Of a DNA stretch of 64,000 nucleotides, positions 40,137 to 49,656 are shown piece by piece. The position numbers and the translations under genes are program-made. Below the pieces are notes generated by a model that ran no database searches, was not told where the DNA came from, and worked only from the letters and a program-made list of their open reading frames with translations. The stretch covers positions 32,001 to 96,000 of the forward strand of contig JBPCLO010000031.1 of NCBI GenBank assembly GCA_051003155.1, given 5' to 3'. Position 1 is the first letter of the stretch; each line of letters opens with the position of its first letter. This DNA comes from Fimbriimonadales bacterium (GTDB lineage Bacteria > Armatimonadota > Fimbriimonadia > Fimbriimonadales > ATM1).

Positions 40137-41564
40137 TCACCTCGCCGCCGCCGGGGCGACTTGCCTTAGTGGCACCAGGCGGCCGTGGCTGGAAACACCA
40201 TGTGGGGCGGCGTAGAGGTCGTATTCGGCCGCAGCGCTGACGATCGTTTCGGTGATCGAGCCTGAGGGGAGATCTCCTTCGACGTACACTAGGCCGTCGA
40301 TCTCGGGGGCGTCGCGGTGGCTTCGGCCGAAGGACCATTCGTTTTCGATCCCATCGTTAAGGTTCCCCCTGCTGCGCAAGGGGAATCTTTCCGGAACCTG
40401 GCCCTCGATCAATACGGGAAGTTTGCGGCCGATCCAGGAGCGGTTGACGGCGAGGGAGATTGCTTGCTGGGCTTCCATGAGGCGGCCGTATCGCTCCTGC
40501 TTGATTCGCTCCGGAACTTGGCAGGGCAAGTCGTAGCTCGGCGTTCCCGGCTCTCGCGAGAACAGGAATGCGCCGACGCGATCCAAGCAGGCCTCGCGCA
40601 GGAAGGCGAGCAGGTATAAGAAGTGCTCCTCCGTCTCGCCTGGAAAACCGACGATGAACGTCGTGCGGATTGCGGCATCGGGCATCGCTTTGCGCAGCCT
40701 CTCGAAGACGCGCAGGTACCGCTCGCCCTCCCACGGGCGCTTCATCGCGCGCAGGATTTCGGGATGGACGTGCTGCAACGGCACATCGATGTAGTTGCAG
40801 ACTTTGGGCAGCGACGCCATCGTATCGATTACCTCGTCGGTCAGGCGGTTCGGGTAGCAATAGAGCAGTCGAATCCAGTCGACGTCGACTTCGGAAAGTT
40901 CTCGCAAGAGGCGCGGCATGGTGAACTCGCGGTAGAGGTCGTAGCCGTATTGCGTTACGTCTTGGGCGATGAGGTTGATCTCGCGCGCGCCGGTCTTGGC
41001 GAGGTGCCGAGCCTCGGCGAGTACGCGCTCGATCGGCTTGCTTTGGTGGGCGCCACGGAAGCTCGGGATGGTGCAGAAGGTGCAGCGGTGGTCGCAGCCT
41101 TCGCTGACTTTGAGGTATGCGCTCCAGGGAGCGCCGGTTCGGGCTCGGGTCGGGACGTCGGCCCACAAGTGCTGGGGAGGGGCGACCGCCGACTGCCTAC
41201 TGACGGCTGCCGGCTTCTCCAGAATGTCTGCGAAGCGCGCCATTTGCCCGACGCCGACGTAGGAGTCAGCGCCGGGGGCTACGCGTTCGAGGTCTGCGCC
41301 GAGGCGCTGGGCGAGGCATCCGGCGACGATGACTCTGCCGGTCTTCCCCGCTCTCTTGTCGCGGACGGCTTCTTTAATCGTCTCGATGCTCTCGCGTTTG
41401 GCCGCCTCGAGGAACCCGCAGGTGTTGATAATGGTGACGTCGCAGGTGTCAGCGTCGCCGTCGAGGTCGTAACCGGCCTTGGCGAGGACGCCCGCGATCT
41501 CTTCGGAGTCAACTTCGTTCTTGGCGCATCCGAGCGTGATGATCCGGACGTTTTGCTTCGGCAT
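40137..41564 (-). CDS. rimO: Ribosomal protein S12 methylthiotransferase
   Basis: LGCAKNEVDSE, NTCGF, GCL, radical SAM EGCDHRCTFCTIP, IAQD, RTTFIVGFPGET, DAPEIDG (TRAM). Confidence 0.96.
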   Translation of the reverse strand: MPKQNVRIITLGCAKNEVDSEEIAGVLAKAGYDLDGDADTCDVTIINTCGFLEAAKRESIETIKEAVRDKRAGKTGRVIVAGCLAQRLGADLERVAPGADSYVGVGQMARFADILEKPAAVSRQSAVAPPQHLWADVPTRARTGAPWSAYLKVSEGCDHRCTFCTIPSFRGAHQSKPIERVLAEARHLAKTGAREINLIAQDVTQYGYDLYREFTMPRLLRELSEVDVDWIRLLYCYPNRLTDEVIDTMASLPKVCNYIDVPLQHVHPEILRAMKRPWEGERYLRVFERLRKAMPDAAIRTTFIVGFPGETEEHFLYLLAFLREACLDRVGAFLFSREPGTPSYDLPCQVPERIKQERYGRLMEAQQAISLAVNRSWIGRKLPVLIEGQVPERFPLRSRGNLNDGIENEWSFGRSHRDAPEIDGLVYVEGDLPSGSITETIVSAAAEYDLYAAPHGVSSHGRLVPLRQVAPAAAR

Positions 41565-42012
41565 TAGAGGCTATTTTGGCGCATCGGGGCTTACCTTTTC
41601 CCCATCCCCCGGCCCTTCCCCCCTTTCCTCGCGATGGAGATTGTGGCCGGCGCGGTCCGGTTCCCACGAGAATAATGGAAGAGTCTGTGATTGCGGGAAA
41701 TGGCGCAAGGGGATCATAAGATATAAAAAGTGCGGGAACGCCGAAAAGAGAGAAAAGCACGTCCCCGCAATTGTCGCTGCCTGTCGGTAAAAACTGGCGA
41801 GTCGGCATCGAGACCGAGCTTTCAACTGTCGTTGGAGGTTCCCCCGGAGCCTCCGTGTTCATCGCCTCTTAACAGAGAGACGATGCGCTTCCGCAGCAAG
41901 TCGTATCATTTTGCGAGGCCTTAATGTTCATGCGCCATTGGAATACGTGTGGATAACTCGCGCGGTATACTTTACGCTCTGCTTTAATACTCTCGTCCGG
42001 AGGAATCTCCCC

Positions 42013-42942
42013 TTGGCAGCTGCCATCAAAATTGAAAACCTCACCAAGACGTACTCGTCCCGTGGACGCAAAACGAACGTGGTCGACCATGTCGATCTCG
42101 AGGTCGAGGAAGGCGAAATCTTCGGGTTCCTGGGGCCGAATGGCGCCGGAAAGACCACGACGATCAAGATGCTTCTGAACATCATCTATCCCAACGAGGG
42201 CACGGCCTATGTGTTGGGCAAGGAGATCGGCGATATCTCGATCCATAGCAAGCTCAGCTACCTGCCGGAAAAACCGTATTACTACGAGCATATGACCGGT
42301 ATGGAGATTCTTCATTTCTACGGCAAGCTGTTCGGGATGAAAGAGCCGCATCGCTCAAAGCGGGCGAAGGAGCTGCTTCAGAAGGTCGGCCTCGGCGATG
42401 CAGGATCTAAGCCGATAGCCCAATTCTCCAAGGGCATGCAGCAGCGAATCGGTCTGGCGCAGAGCCTCCTCAACGAGCCGATGCTCCTCTTTCTCGACGA
42501 GCCGACCGGCGGCCTCGATCCCATCGCTCACATCGAGATCCGTGACCTTATCTTGCAGATGCGCAATGAGGGCAAGACGATCTTCATTTCCAGCCACGAG
42601 CTCTCCGACGTCGAACGAATTTGCGATCGCGTCGCTATCATCGACCGCGGCCGCATCGTGATGCAGGGCAAGCTCGATACGCTCCTTGCGGGAGGCCGGG
42701 TGGAGATCACGGCGGAGAACGTCCCTGACTCGGTCGCGGCGTCTCTTAGTACCGACGGAGTGATTACTTCAATGCACGCCGGACGGCTTATCGTGGACGC
42801 CCCGGACACCGCTCCGACCGACGGAGTGCTGGACGCGATTAGGGCTGGCGGCGCGACGATAGTCAGCGTTATCCCACGCAGAAAGCGCCTGGAAGATCTG
42901 TTCGTGGAAACGATCACCAAACCACGCGAAGAGGCCGGCTAA
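42013..42942 (+). CDS. ABC-2 type transporter ATP-binding protein
   Basis: TTG start after [43 protein letters not shown]. Confidence 0.92.
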   Translation: MAAAIKIENLTKTYSSRGRKTNVVDHVDLEVEEGEIFGFLGPNGAGKTTTIKMLLNIIYPNEGTAYVLGKEIGDISIHSKLSYLPEKPYYYEHMTGMEILHFYGKLFGMKEPHRSKRAKELLQKVGLGDAGSKPIAQFSKGMQQRIGLAQSLLNEPMLLFLDEPTGGLDPIAHIEIRDLILQMRNEGKTIFISSHELSDVERICDRVAIIDRGRIVMQGKLDTLLAGGRVEITAENVPDSVAASLSTDGVITSMHAGRLIVDAPDTAPTDGVLDAIRAGGATIVSVIPRRKRLEDLFVETITKPREEAG

Positions 42943-43730
42943 TGTCGCAAATCCTCGCCATCGCCGGGACGACCCTGGGCGAGGCCATTCGCCGAAGGGT
43001 CTTGCTTATCATTCTAATGGTCGGACTTGCGTTCCTGATCATCGCGCCTAGTCTGAGCCAACTAACGCCGCGCGGCCAGACAGATGTGCTGACTTCGATG
43101 ACGCTCGGGATCCTCAAGATTACGGCGGCCATTCTAGCGGTGACGCTCACCGTGTACCTGTTGCCGAACGAGGTGGAACGGCGAACAATCTATACGATCC
43201 TGTCGAAGCCGGTCCAAAGATGGCAGTTTCTTTTGGGCAAGTACCTCGGCAGCGTTGCCGCTCTCGCGCTGATGATCGGCCTCATGGCGATCGTGCTCAT
43301 CATCGCGTTCGTGCTTCAGCAGGGCAGCGTCAGCTTAGCGAGCCTCGACCCGCTGATCAAAGCGCCGATCATGCTGATCTTCCAGATGTCGCTCCTGGCG
43401 GCGGTCGCGATGTTCTTTTCGACGTTCGTGTCACCCGTCGTAAACTTTTTCCTTACGGCCCTTGTTTATGTTTTTGGAACGTTGCTGAACCCGTTTTTCG
43501 AGTCGGTGACGACCAAGCAGAACACAGAATCGGTCAATTTCTTTGCGAGCATCGCGCATTACGCGTTCCCGAACTTCTCGAATCTGGACATCAAAACCGG
43601 GGCCGAGATGGAACAGCAGATTCGAGGCAGCGAGACCGTTTATATGATGAACGGCGTGATTTACGCCCTTGTTTATTGTGCGATCCTTGTGACGCTGGCC
43701 GTGCTCGTATTCGACCGAAGGGAGCTTTAG
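42942..43730 (+). CDS. ABC-2 type transporter permease
   Basis: IA..T..EAIRRR, EVERRTIYTILSKPV.R.QFLLGKYLG, about 6 TM, terminal FDRREL. Confidence 0.9.
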   Translation: MSQILAIAGTTLGEAIRRRVLLIILMVGLAFLIIAPSLSQLTPRGQTDVLTSMTLGILKITAAILAVTLTVYLLPNEVERRTIYTILSKPVQRWQFLLGKYLGSVAALALMIGLMAIVLIIAFVLQQGSVSLASLDPLIKAPIMLIFQMSLLAAVAMFFSTFVSPVVNFFLTALVYVFGTLLNPFFESVTTKQNTESVNFFASIAHYAFPNFSNLDIKTGAEMEQQIRGSETVYMMNGVIYALVYCAILVTLAVLVFDRREL

Positions 43731-43731
43731 A

Positions 43732-45054
43732 TTGCGCGGAAAGACAGCAGTACTCGCCGGAATAGCGGCCCTCTTCTTTGGGCAGGGAGCGTTGTCGCGC
43801 GCGATGTTCCCTACTTGGGTAAAGAACTACTCCTCGCACAATATCGGCGTCGCGCCCGGGCTTTCGATCGACCAGCTTCTGGCGTCGGTCGCGGGACTTA
43901 GGGAGATGGTCGCCGGGATTCTTTGGGTGCAAAGCGACCAACTGTTCCACTCAGGTCAGTTCGACGCAATTTTACCGGTTATCCGGCTCGTTACGTGGCT
44001 GAACCCGCGCCAGATCGAGGTATATTCGACGGGCGCCTGGCACATCGGCTACAACTTTACGGATGAACAAAACCGTTCCGATCGGCGCTACATCCCACTC
44101 GCTTTGAGGCTGCTCCAAGAGGGCGTGCAGAGCAACCAGAACACCTATGAGATGTTCCACGAGACGGGCTGGATGTACTACCACAAGATCGACGACAACT
44201 ATCCCGAGGCGGTCGCGTGGTTCGAGAAGGCGAACGAGAAGAGCGACATTTTGCCCGCGCTCAGAAGCATCTTGGCCGCGTCGTACCTGCGCAACGGCCA
44301 GCTCGACGAGGGCTTGAACCACTACTGGAAGCTCCAACAGGATGCGCAGAAGCGGTACGACAAGTCGAAAGACCACCAAGATTGGAACAACAAGGACACG
44401 CAGGAGAAGAACGTGGACAATACGATCGTCCGCATGGCCGCCCGCGGTGTTTTCGGCAAGCGCGACGGGGTCTTCGATGCGTACCCGTACGACACGCACA
44501 ACCCGATCGATCTAAAGTTTTCGGCGAAGGTCTCGGTTCTGGAACCGAAGCTCATCCGCGTGACGGGCACATGGGGAATCCCCACGACGGGCGCTCGCGT
44601 GCGGATGGTGATTCGGGATTCGGACTATAACCTGCTCTGGGAGCCCGCGCCGTCGCTGGACTTCGAGCGCGACAAGAAGAAGACCTACATGCTCGACCCG
44701 CTCTATACGCAGAACGGCCGCTTCGACCGCAAGATAGACATGAGCCGCAACCCGACAATGTATCCCTTCAAGTCGGACAAATTCTTCATCGAGTTTTACT
44801 TCAACCCTCGCAGCGCGCCTCCGCACATCCAAGACCGCGTCGGCTTCAGCGGCGAGGGGATGACGGACAAGAACTTCCTGAACACGACGGAGCGCGAGGG
44901 AACGCGAATTCTATTCGCTCGCCTAGAGGTGACACAGGATCAAATGCTGCGCCGTGGAGACGGCCCGTTCTTTGTAGCGACTCCCGGCTACAAGGAGATC
45001 GAGACGAAGCTCGACGAGGACGTGATCATCCGAAAGAGCCTGCGAATCGACTAA
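43732..45054 (+). CDS. Membrane-anchored TPR-like hypothetical protein
   Basis: N-terminal TM; GLREMVAGILW, L.P, AWHIGYN, TPR-like helices; beta-rich C-terminal half. Confidence 0.7.
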   Translation: MRGKTAVLAGIAALFFGQGALSRAMFPTWVKNYSSHNIGVAPGLSIDQLLASVAGLREMVAGILWVQSDQLFHSGQFDAILPVIRLVTWLNPRQIEVYSTGAWHIGYNFTDEQNRSDRRYIPLALRLLQEGVQSNQNTYEMFHETGWMYYHKIDDNYPEAVAWFEKANEKSDILPALRSILAASYLRNGQLDEGLNHYWKLQQDAQKRYDKSKDHQDWNNKDTQEKNVDNTIVRMAARGVFGKRDGVFDAYPYDTHNPIDLKFSAKVSVLEPKLIRVTGTWGIPTTGARVRMVIRDSDYNLLWEPAPSLDFERDKKKTYMLDPLYTQNGRFDRKIDMSRNPTMYPFKSDKFFIEFYFNPRSAPPHIQDRVGFSGEGMTDKNFLNTTEREGTRILFARLEVTQDQMLRRGDGPFFVATPGYKEIETKLDEDVIIRKSLRID

Positions 45055-45061
45055 GCCGGCT

Positions 45062-46041
45062 CTATTTTGGCCTGAGTCGAATGACTACTGCTGCTGTGCC
45101 GAAACGTCCGAGGCATAGAATCACACCTTTGTTGCTAATGTGGCGTGGAAGAAGCGATATGTCGCGAAGCCTGGGGTCAATTCGTCTAGCATGCTCAGCT
45201 CATAACCGCCCGAGGGGTCTTCGTGCCAAATGGCAGGCCGACTATTCTCGCGGGCGTAGCCTGCCACCGTGCCTACGGCAACACCTCTATCGTTCGTGTG
45301 AGTAACGCTTCCATTACCGGCCCCCTGTGTGGGCAATTGATATATTACGCCCTTCTTGAAAACTATTGGCTCGAAGTCGTATTCTTGTACGGCGGTCCTA
45401 GCAATCGTGCCCGCGCCCGTGAGGGCACGTGGTATGAAGCCGCGCGGAATCGGACAACCTGCCCGCGGCCGTAGTAAAAAGTCCACTGGCCGTGTGCGTC
45501 GCCGCCGTACCCTGCAACCATGCCTTCGTCGTTCAGCGCAGACGCATACCAGTGTCGCCGGCGCCGAGGAAGCGCTGTTGACGTTCTATCCATACGCACG
45601 GCTCCCCATCTGAACCAGCTACCACGCCGCGATCATTAATCGCAAAACCGTAGGTCCGATTACTTCGAGACTCTAAGATCGTAATGCCGGTATTCGCAGA
45701 CCACGTGGCCGTGGCCGACTTTTCCCAATCGCGTGATGATAACTGGCCAGCCAACTACCAGGGTTGTTGATGTCCCTCGCCCAGAAATCGGCAATGAGAT
45801 ATCTTCTGTGATCGATGACTGCTCTGGTAGACGCGGGCAACGGCCAGTCGGGAGCGAAGGAGAAGAAGTAATCCTCGCGATCGTTCTGATCCAGATGGGT
45901 ATAAACATAGTTGTAACCTGCCAATGGCACGTACTCGACTATTTCGGTCTCGTACTTGAAGGACGAGGCAAGAGTCGGCGCCATTGCGATTGCTGCAAAC
46001 CCCAATGTGCGAGCGTTCACGGGCCAAACGGATTCTAACAT
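45062..46041 (-). pseudogene. Frameshifted secreted HAF-repeat-like (beta-propeller) protein
   Basis: Signal peptide, then repeats ARDINN.G, AINDRGVVAG, ALNDEGMVAG, TNDRGVAVG and ISNKGVI spread over five consecutive short ORF segments in changing frames, ending RLRPK-TAG at 45062. Confidence 0.75.
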
Positions 46042-46162
46042 TGCTCTCTCACTCTATAATACTCCCCCTAAATCTCTGAACTAAGCCTAAACCTACCATA
46101 AGGGTCCGAATCGGCTCGACAGAGTCGCCGCCCGAAGCCGAGGCAAGGGTACATTCCTTAAC

Positions 46163-47074
46163 GTGCCCATACCTGCGCGCATCACCGGAACCTTTCTCGA
46201 CGAGATCACGCACGACATCCCCTCCCAGAACTGGGACGAGGAGGATTGGCGCAGGGAGTTCGCCCTCTATCCCCAAATCGGCATCGACACGGTCGTCATC
46301 ATACGCGCCGGGTACCGGAACAAGTGCATCTTCCCCGCCCGCTCGATCCCGGGGTTGCTGCCGGTCTACGAAGACCTGGGCGAACTTTTCTTCAGCCTCG
46401 CCGACGAGTACGAGCTGAAGGTCTTTTTCGGGACCTATGACAGCGGGTTTCACTGGCTGCGGCGGAGCTGGTGGAAGGAGGTGGAGCTGAACGACGCGTT
46501 CCTCGAGGAGGCGGTGGGGCGGTACGGCCACCACGCCAGCTTCGCCGGCTGGTACCTGAGCCACGAGACCGGAAAGAACGACGCTCACATCACCGAACTC
46601 TTCAACCACATCGGGCGCAAGTGCAAGGAGCTTAAGGACCTTCCTGTGCTGATCTCGCCCTACCCGCAGGGCGCCAAGCAGATGGGCGAGGCGGCGCTAT
46701 CGCTCGATGAGAGCTTCGAGCATTGGGACCGCATCTTCCAAGCCACGCGCGGCGCGTTCGATATCTGCGCGTTTCAGGACGGGCAGATTCACTACGAGGA
46801 GCTGCCGCGATTCACCCAAGGCATCGGCGAACTGGGGAGGAAGCACGGCGTCACGATCTGGTCGAACGTGGAGACTTTCGACCGCGACATGCCGATCAAG
46901 TTTCCTCCGGCGGACTGGCGCTACCTGCGATTTAAGCTCGAGGCTGCAGCCGGGGTGGCCGAGAAGATCATCACCTTCGAGTTCCCCCACTTCATGTCCC
47001 CGCACTCCTGCTACCCCGCCGGGCATAACCTGTTCAAGCGTTACTGCGCCCATCACGGCCCGCCGGTTGGTTAG
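46163..47074 (+). CDS. DUF4434-family putative glycoside hydrolase
   Basis: ITGTFLDEITHDIPSQNW, GIDTVVIIRAG, FAGWYLSHE, LISPY, AFQDG, WSNVETF, FEFPHFMSP. Confidence 0.8.
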   Translation: MPIPARITGTFLDEITHDIPSQNWDEEDWRREFALYPQIGIDTVVIIRAGYRNKCIFPARSIPGLLPVYEDLGELFFSLADEYELKVFFGTYDSGFHWLRRSWWKEVELNDAFLEEAVGRYGHHASFAGWYLSHETGKNDAHITELFNHIGRKCKELKDLPVLISPYPQGAKQMGEAALSLDESFEHWDRIFQATRGAFDICAFQDGQIHYEELPRFTQGIGELGRKHGVTIWSNVETFDRDMPIKFPPADWRYLRFKLEAAAGVAEKIITFEFPHFMSPHSCYPAGHNLFKRYCAHHGPPVG

Positions 47075-47089
47075 TGGAATGCCGGCTCG

Positions 47090-47434
47090 TCGGGTCGGAA
47101 CTGTCGAAGGCTCGAGGTCGCGGATCGTCAGGCTCATAGCCGCGAGTTCGGCATCGTCCACCGCCGAGCTTTGCTGCAGCCGTTGGGCTAGGCGACGGAG
47201 CGCCGCTTCGTAGGTCCGCGCCGATTGTCCTTTGTCGCCTTGACTGCACTCACCGCTTTCTGAGCGGAAAGATGTGCGGGATACTCGGTGTCCCAGGCCG
47301 TGCCCTGCGCGTTCATCGTGGGCACGTCCAGGTCGAGGGCAGTCGGGCCCAAATTCGCATTTACGTTACGCTCGAAAATTGCTCCAAAATCCGTCGAAAC
47401 CAGGGTCGTCACCGGGGATGAAGTCAGGGGGCAT
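47090..47434 (-). pseudogene. Degenerate, truncated gene remnant (helical N-terminal domain of a family usually carrying a C-terminal Fn3-like domain)
   Basis: AAGGAG RBS and ATG at 47434: MPPDFIPGDDPGFDGFWSNFRA* / VNANLGPTAL...GTAWDTEYPAHLSAQKA...TKDN / ARTYEAALRRLAQRLQQSSAVDDAELAAMSLTIRDLEPSTVPT, across two frameshifts. Confidence 0.55.
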
Positions 47435-47496
47435 GGATAAATCTCCTTGAGCCTGGGCCGAACGGCCCTGCGGCTAACTTCAACCATATCCGCTAC

Positions 47497-47565
47497 TGAC
47501 CTCAGCGGTGCGACTAGTGACCTCAGCGGTGGAGCCTCTGACCTCAGCGGTGGAGCTGCTGACCC
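47497..47565 (+). repeat. Tandem 21-bp repeat, 3 full units plus a partial
   Basis: TGACCTCAGCGGTG core at 47497, 47518 and 47539, and TGACC at 47560; the last 7 nt of each unit vary. Confidence 0.85.
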
Positions 47566-47587
47566 TTAGAGCCTTGGCACCGGTCCA

Positions 47588-48790
47588 ATGATCTTTGGAA
47601 AGCATACCGTACTCGTATTGATGCTTAGTGCACTTCCCCTTTTAGCGCTCGCTCTGCCCCAGCCGATAGTCCCCGGCGTGACGACCACCGGCTATCCATA
47701 CGTCGGTAAGTTTGGCAACGACACAGATGGCTACTTCGCGAGCTGCACGTCCATTGGCAGTCGCTATATCTTAACAGCGCTGCACAACATTGGCGGGGGC
47801 GGCGACACTACTTTTAAGGCGATCATCGGCTCCACCGAGTACGATTCGGTGAACGTGCGCCGGTTTCCGTACGGCCAGTACGATCTTGCAGTCATCGAGC
47901 TCGATCAGGCGTTTCCTCAGGGGCAGTGGTATGCTATCTACACCGGATCGTCTGAGGCCAACATGCTCACTACGATGGTCGGCTACGGGCAGAGAGGCAT
48001 ATACGACCCCTTTAACAATCGGTGGAATACGGAAACTAATAGTTACGGCACGCGCCGCGAAGGGACAGCACCTGTTTTCGAGGTGTTCTCACGCAAAATG
48101 AACCTGCTGTTCGACGGAGGCGACACTCCTAGCTATTCTATCGCGGCTCCCGGAGATTCGGGTGGCGCGGCGTTCGCCACCTTGTCCGACACAGTTACTT
48201 TGGTAGGAATTGTCACGGGGGACTCTGGATATCCGGCCCAGAATGGTTCTACAACAGAGGTGGCAAGAGTGGGCACGGCACAACTTTGGACTATGGGTTT
48301 CAGCACCGGATTCACACTCTGCCACCTTTACTCAGGTCTCCTCGGTCATGCAACCACGACGAATCCCGAGTGGGTCTATTATTCTGATCAGGTTAGGGCG
48401 CCAGTGGACGGACGGCCTCCTATTACGCCTGGGCTCCCCAGCATTCGCATCGAGTTCCAAGGTCACGCGCCGCACCGAAAAGCCGACGTCGCGAATTTGA
48501 CGTTCACTTTCGAGAGTCGCAGCGATGCGATTCCCGTTACGAATCTGGAGCAGCGGATCGAGCTTTGGGATTGGATTGGCCTCACCTGGGTGTTGGTGTC
48601 AACCACGACACCGTCGTCTGCAGACACTATCGTCGTCGCCGATCCTACCGGTACGAACGACAACCGGTTTGTCGAGGAAGGCACCGAGCTCGTCAAAGCA
48701 CGCGTGAATTGGTATGAAATTGGCGGGCTGACAAGCGCCTCGTGGAAGGTAGAGATCGACCAGGCGAAGTGGACGATCATCAGAAGCTAA
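47588..48790 (+). CDS. Secreted trypsin-like (S1) serine protease with a C-terminal beta domain
   Basis: Signal peptide; triad motifs ILTALH, DLAVIEL, GDSGG. Confidence 0.88.
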   Translation: MIFGKHTVLVLMLSALPLLALALPQPIVPGVTTTGYPYVGKFGNDTDGYFASCTSIGSRYILTALHNIGGGGDTTFKAIIGSTEYDSVNVRRFPYGQYDLAVIELDQAFPQGQWYAIYTGSSEANMLTTMVGYGQRGIYDPFNNRWNTETNSYGTRREGTAPVFEVFSRKMNLLFDGGDTPSYSIAAPGDSGGAAFATLSDTVTLVGIVTGDSGYPAQNGSTTEVARVGTAQLWTMGFSTGFTLCHLYSGLLGHATTTNPEWVYYSDQVRAPVDGRPPITPGLPSIRIEFQGHAPHRKADVANLTFTFESRSDAIPVTNLEQRIELWDWIGLTWVLVSTTTPSSADTIVVADPTGTNDNRFVEEGTELVKARVNWYEIGGLTSASWKVEIDQAKWTIIRS

Positions 48791-48809
48791 ACATTAAAAA
48801 GGAGACGGA

Positions 48810-49484
48810 ATGGTGAAGACTTTGAGAATTTTTTCGATCAGCCTAGTGTTGGCGTGCAGCACGCAGGATGTTTTCGGTTTCTGGTTTTACGGCGGGGACT
48901 GGGATTTCAGATCCTTCCTCGAATCTGGTCGAAACTCGACCCTAGAGGATGCGCGTATATATGAGAACTTCGAACTCTCCGGACCGCTGCAGGTCACTGT
49001 GGTGCTTGGTAACTTCGCGTTAGATGGAGGTCTCCCGACGGAGCTTTATTACGAATTCCGGCAAAATGTCGCGCCAGGAAGCGGCGGCGACCTTCTCGCT
49101 TCAGGAACCGTGGGCGCCGCAGCTGAGATGACAGGGCGGAGTGGATTTGGGTTTACAGAGTGGAGTGTGAGCGGCAACATTCCGATGCTGCAGCTTACTC
49201 CTGGCCAACATTGGTTCACCGTAACCCCCGTGGGAAATGGCGCGGGGCATTTTTACCTGACGACGACAGACGGTCATAATGGTGTCGGGTCCCCACTTGG
49301 TGACGGCAATTCGTATTACGATAGCGACACTTTGGGCGCCGATTTCGATCCCACGTCGGATTGGCTTGGCAAAGGTCTTTGGGATTTCTCGCAGGGCATC
49401 GACAACATCCCCGAACCTGCGACTTTCCTGGCCACGCTCGCCGGCCTCGGTTTGCTTGTTTTCCGCAAGCGCAGACGCGCCTAG
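48810..49484 (+). CDS. PEP-CTERM sorting-domain protein
   Basis: Signal peptide; C-terminal IPEPATFLATLAGLGLLVFRKRRRA. Confidence 0.9.
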   Translation: MVKTLRIFSISLVLACSTQDVFGFWFYGGDWDFRSFLESGRNSTLEDARIYENFELSGPLQVTVVLGNFALDGGLPTELYYEFRQNVAPGSGGDLLASGTVGAAAEMTGRSGFGFTEWSVSGNIPMLQLTPGQHWFTVTPVGNGAGHFYLTTTDGHNGVGSPLGDGNSYYDSDTLGADFDPTSDWLGKGLWDFSQGIDNIPEPATFLATLAGLGLLVFRKRRRA

Positions 49485-49529
49485 CTCGACAGCGGTGGGC
49501 GATCTGCAGTCTCGAATCTCCCCAGCCGG

Positions 49530-49535
49530 TATAAT
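49530..49535 (+). promoter_or_regulatory. -10 element (TATAAT) of ffs-dnaX
   Basis: Perfect TATAAT about 6 nt before the SRP RNA stem. Confidence 0.6.
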
Positions 49536-49540
49536 CCGGG

Positions 49541-49640
49541 GAGCCGGGAACTGCGCGGCGGAACTTCGGCAAACCCCGCCAGGGCTGGAAGGCAGCAACG
49601 GTAAGTCGAACAACCGTGCGACGCACCATTCCCGGCGACT
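49541..49640 (+). ncRNA. ffs: Signal recognition particle small RNA (4.5S)
   Basis: Closing stem GCCGGGAA/TTCCCGGC; domain IV motif CCAGG-GCT-GGAA-GGCAGCAAC; classic position upstream of dnaX. Ends approximate. Confidence 0.88.
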
Positions 49641-49656
49641 TGGAGCCGTTTCCACC

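Noticed and set aside
41590..41640. C-rich tract resembling half of a palindromic repeat element upstream of rimO
   Set aside because: No complementary arm found nearby.
47497..47565. Possible mini-CRISPR array
   Set aside because: Variable parts are only 7 nt and similar to each other; no cas genes in the window.
49279..49656. N-terminal extension of dnaX in the ORF track
   Set aside because: It overlaps the PEP-CTERM gene and ffs; homology begins at TTG 49657.
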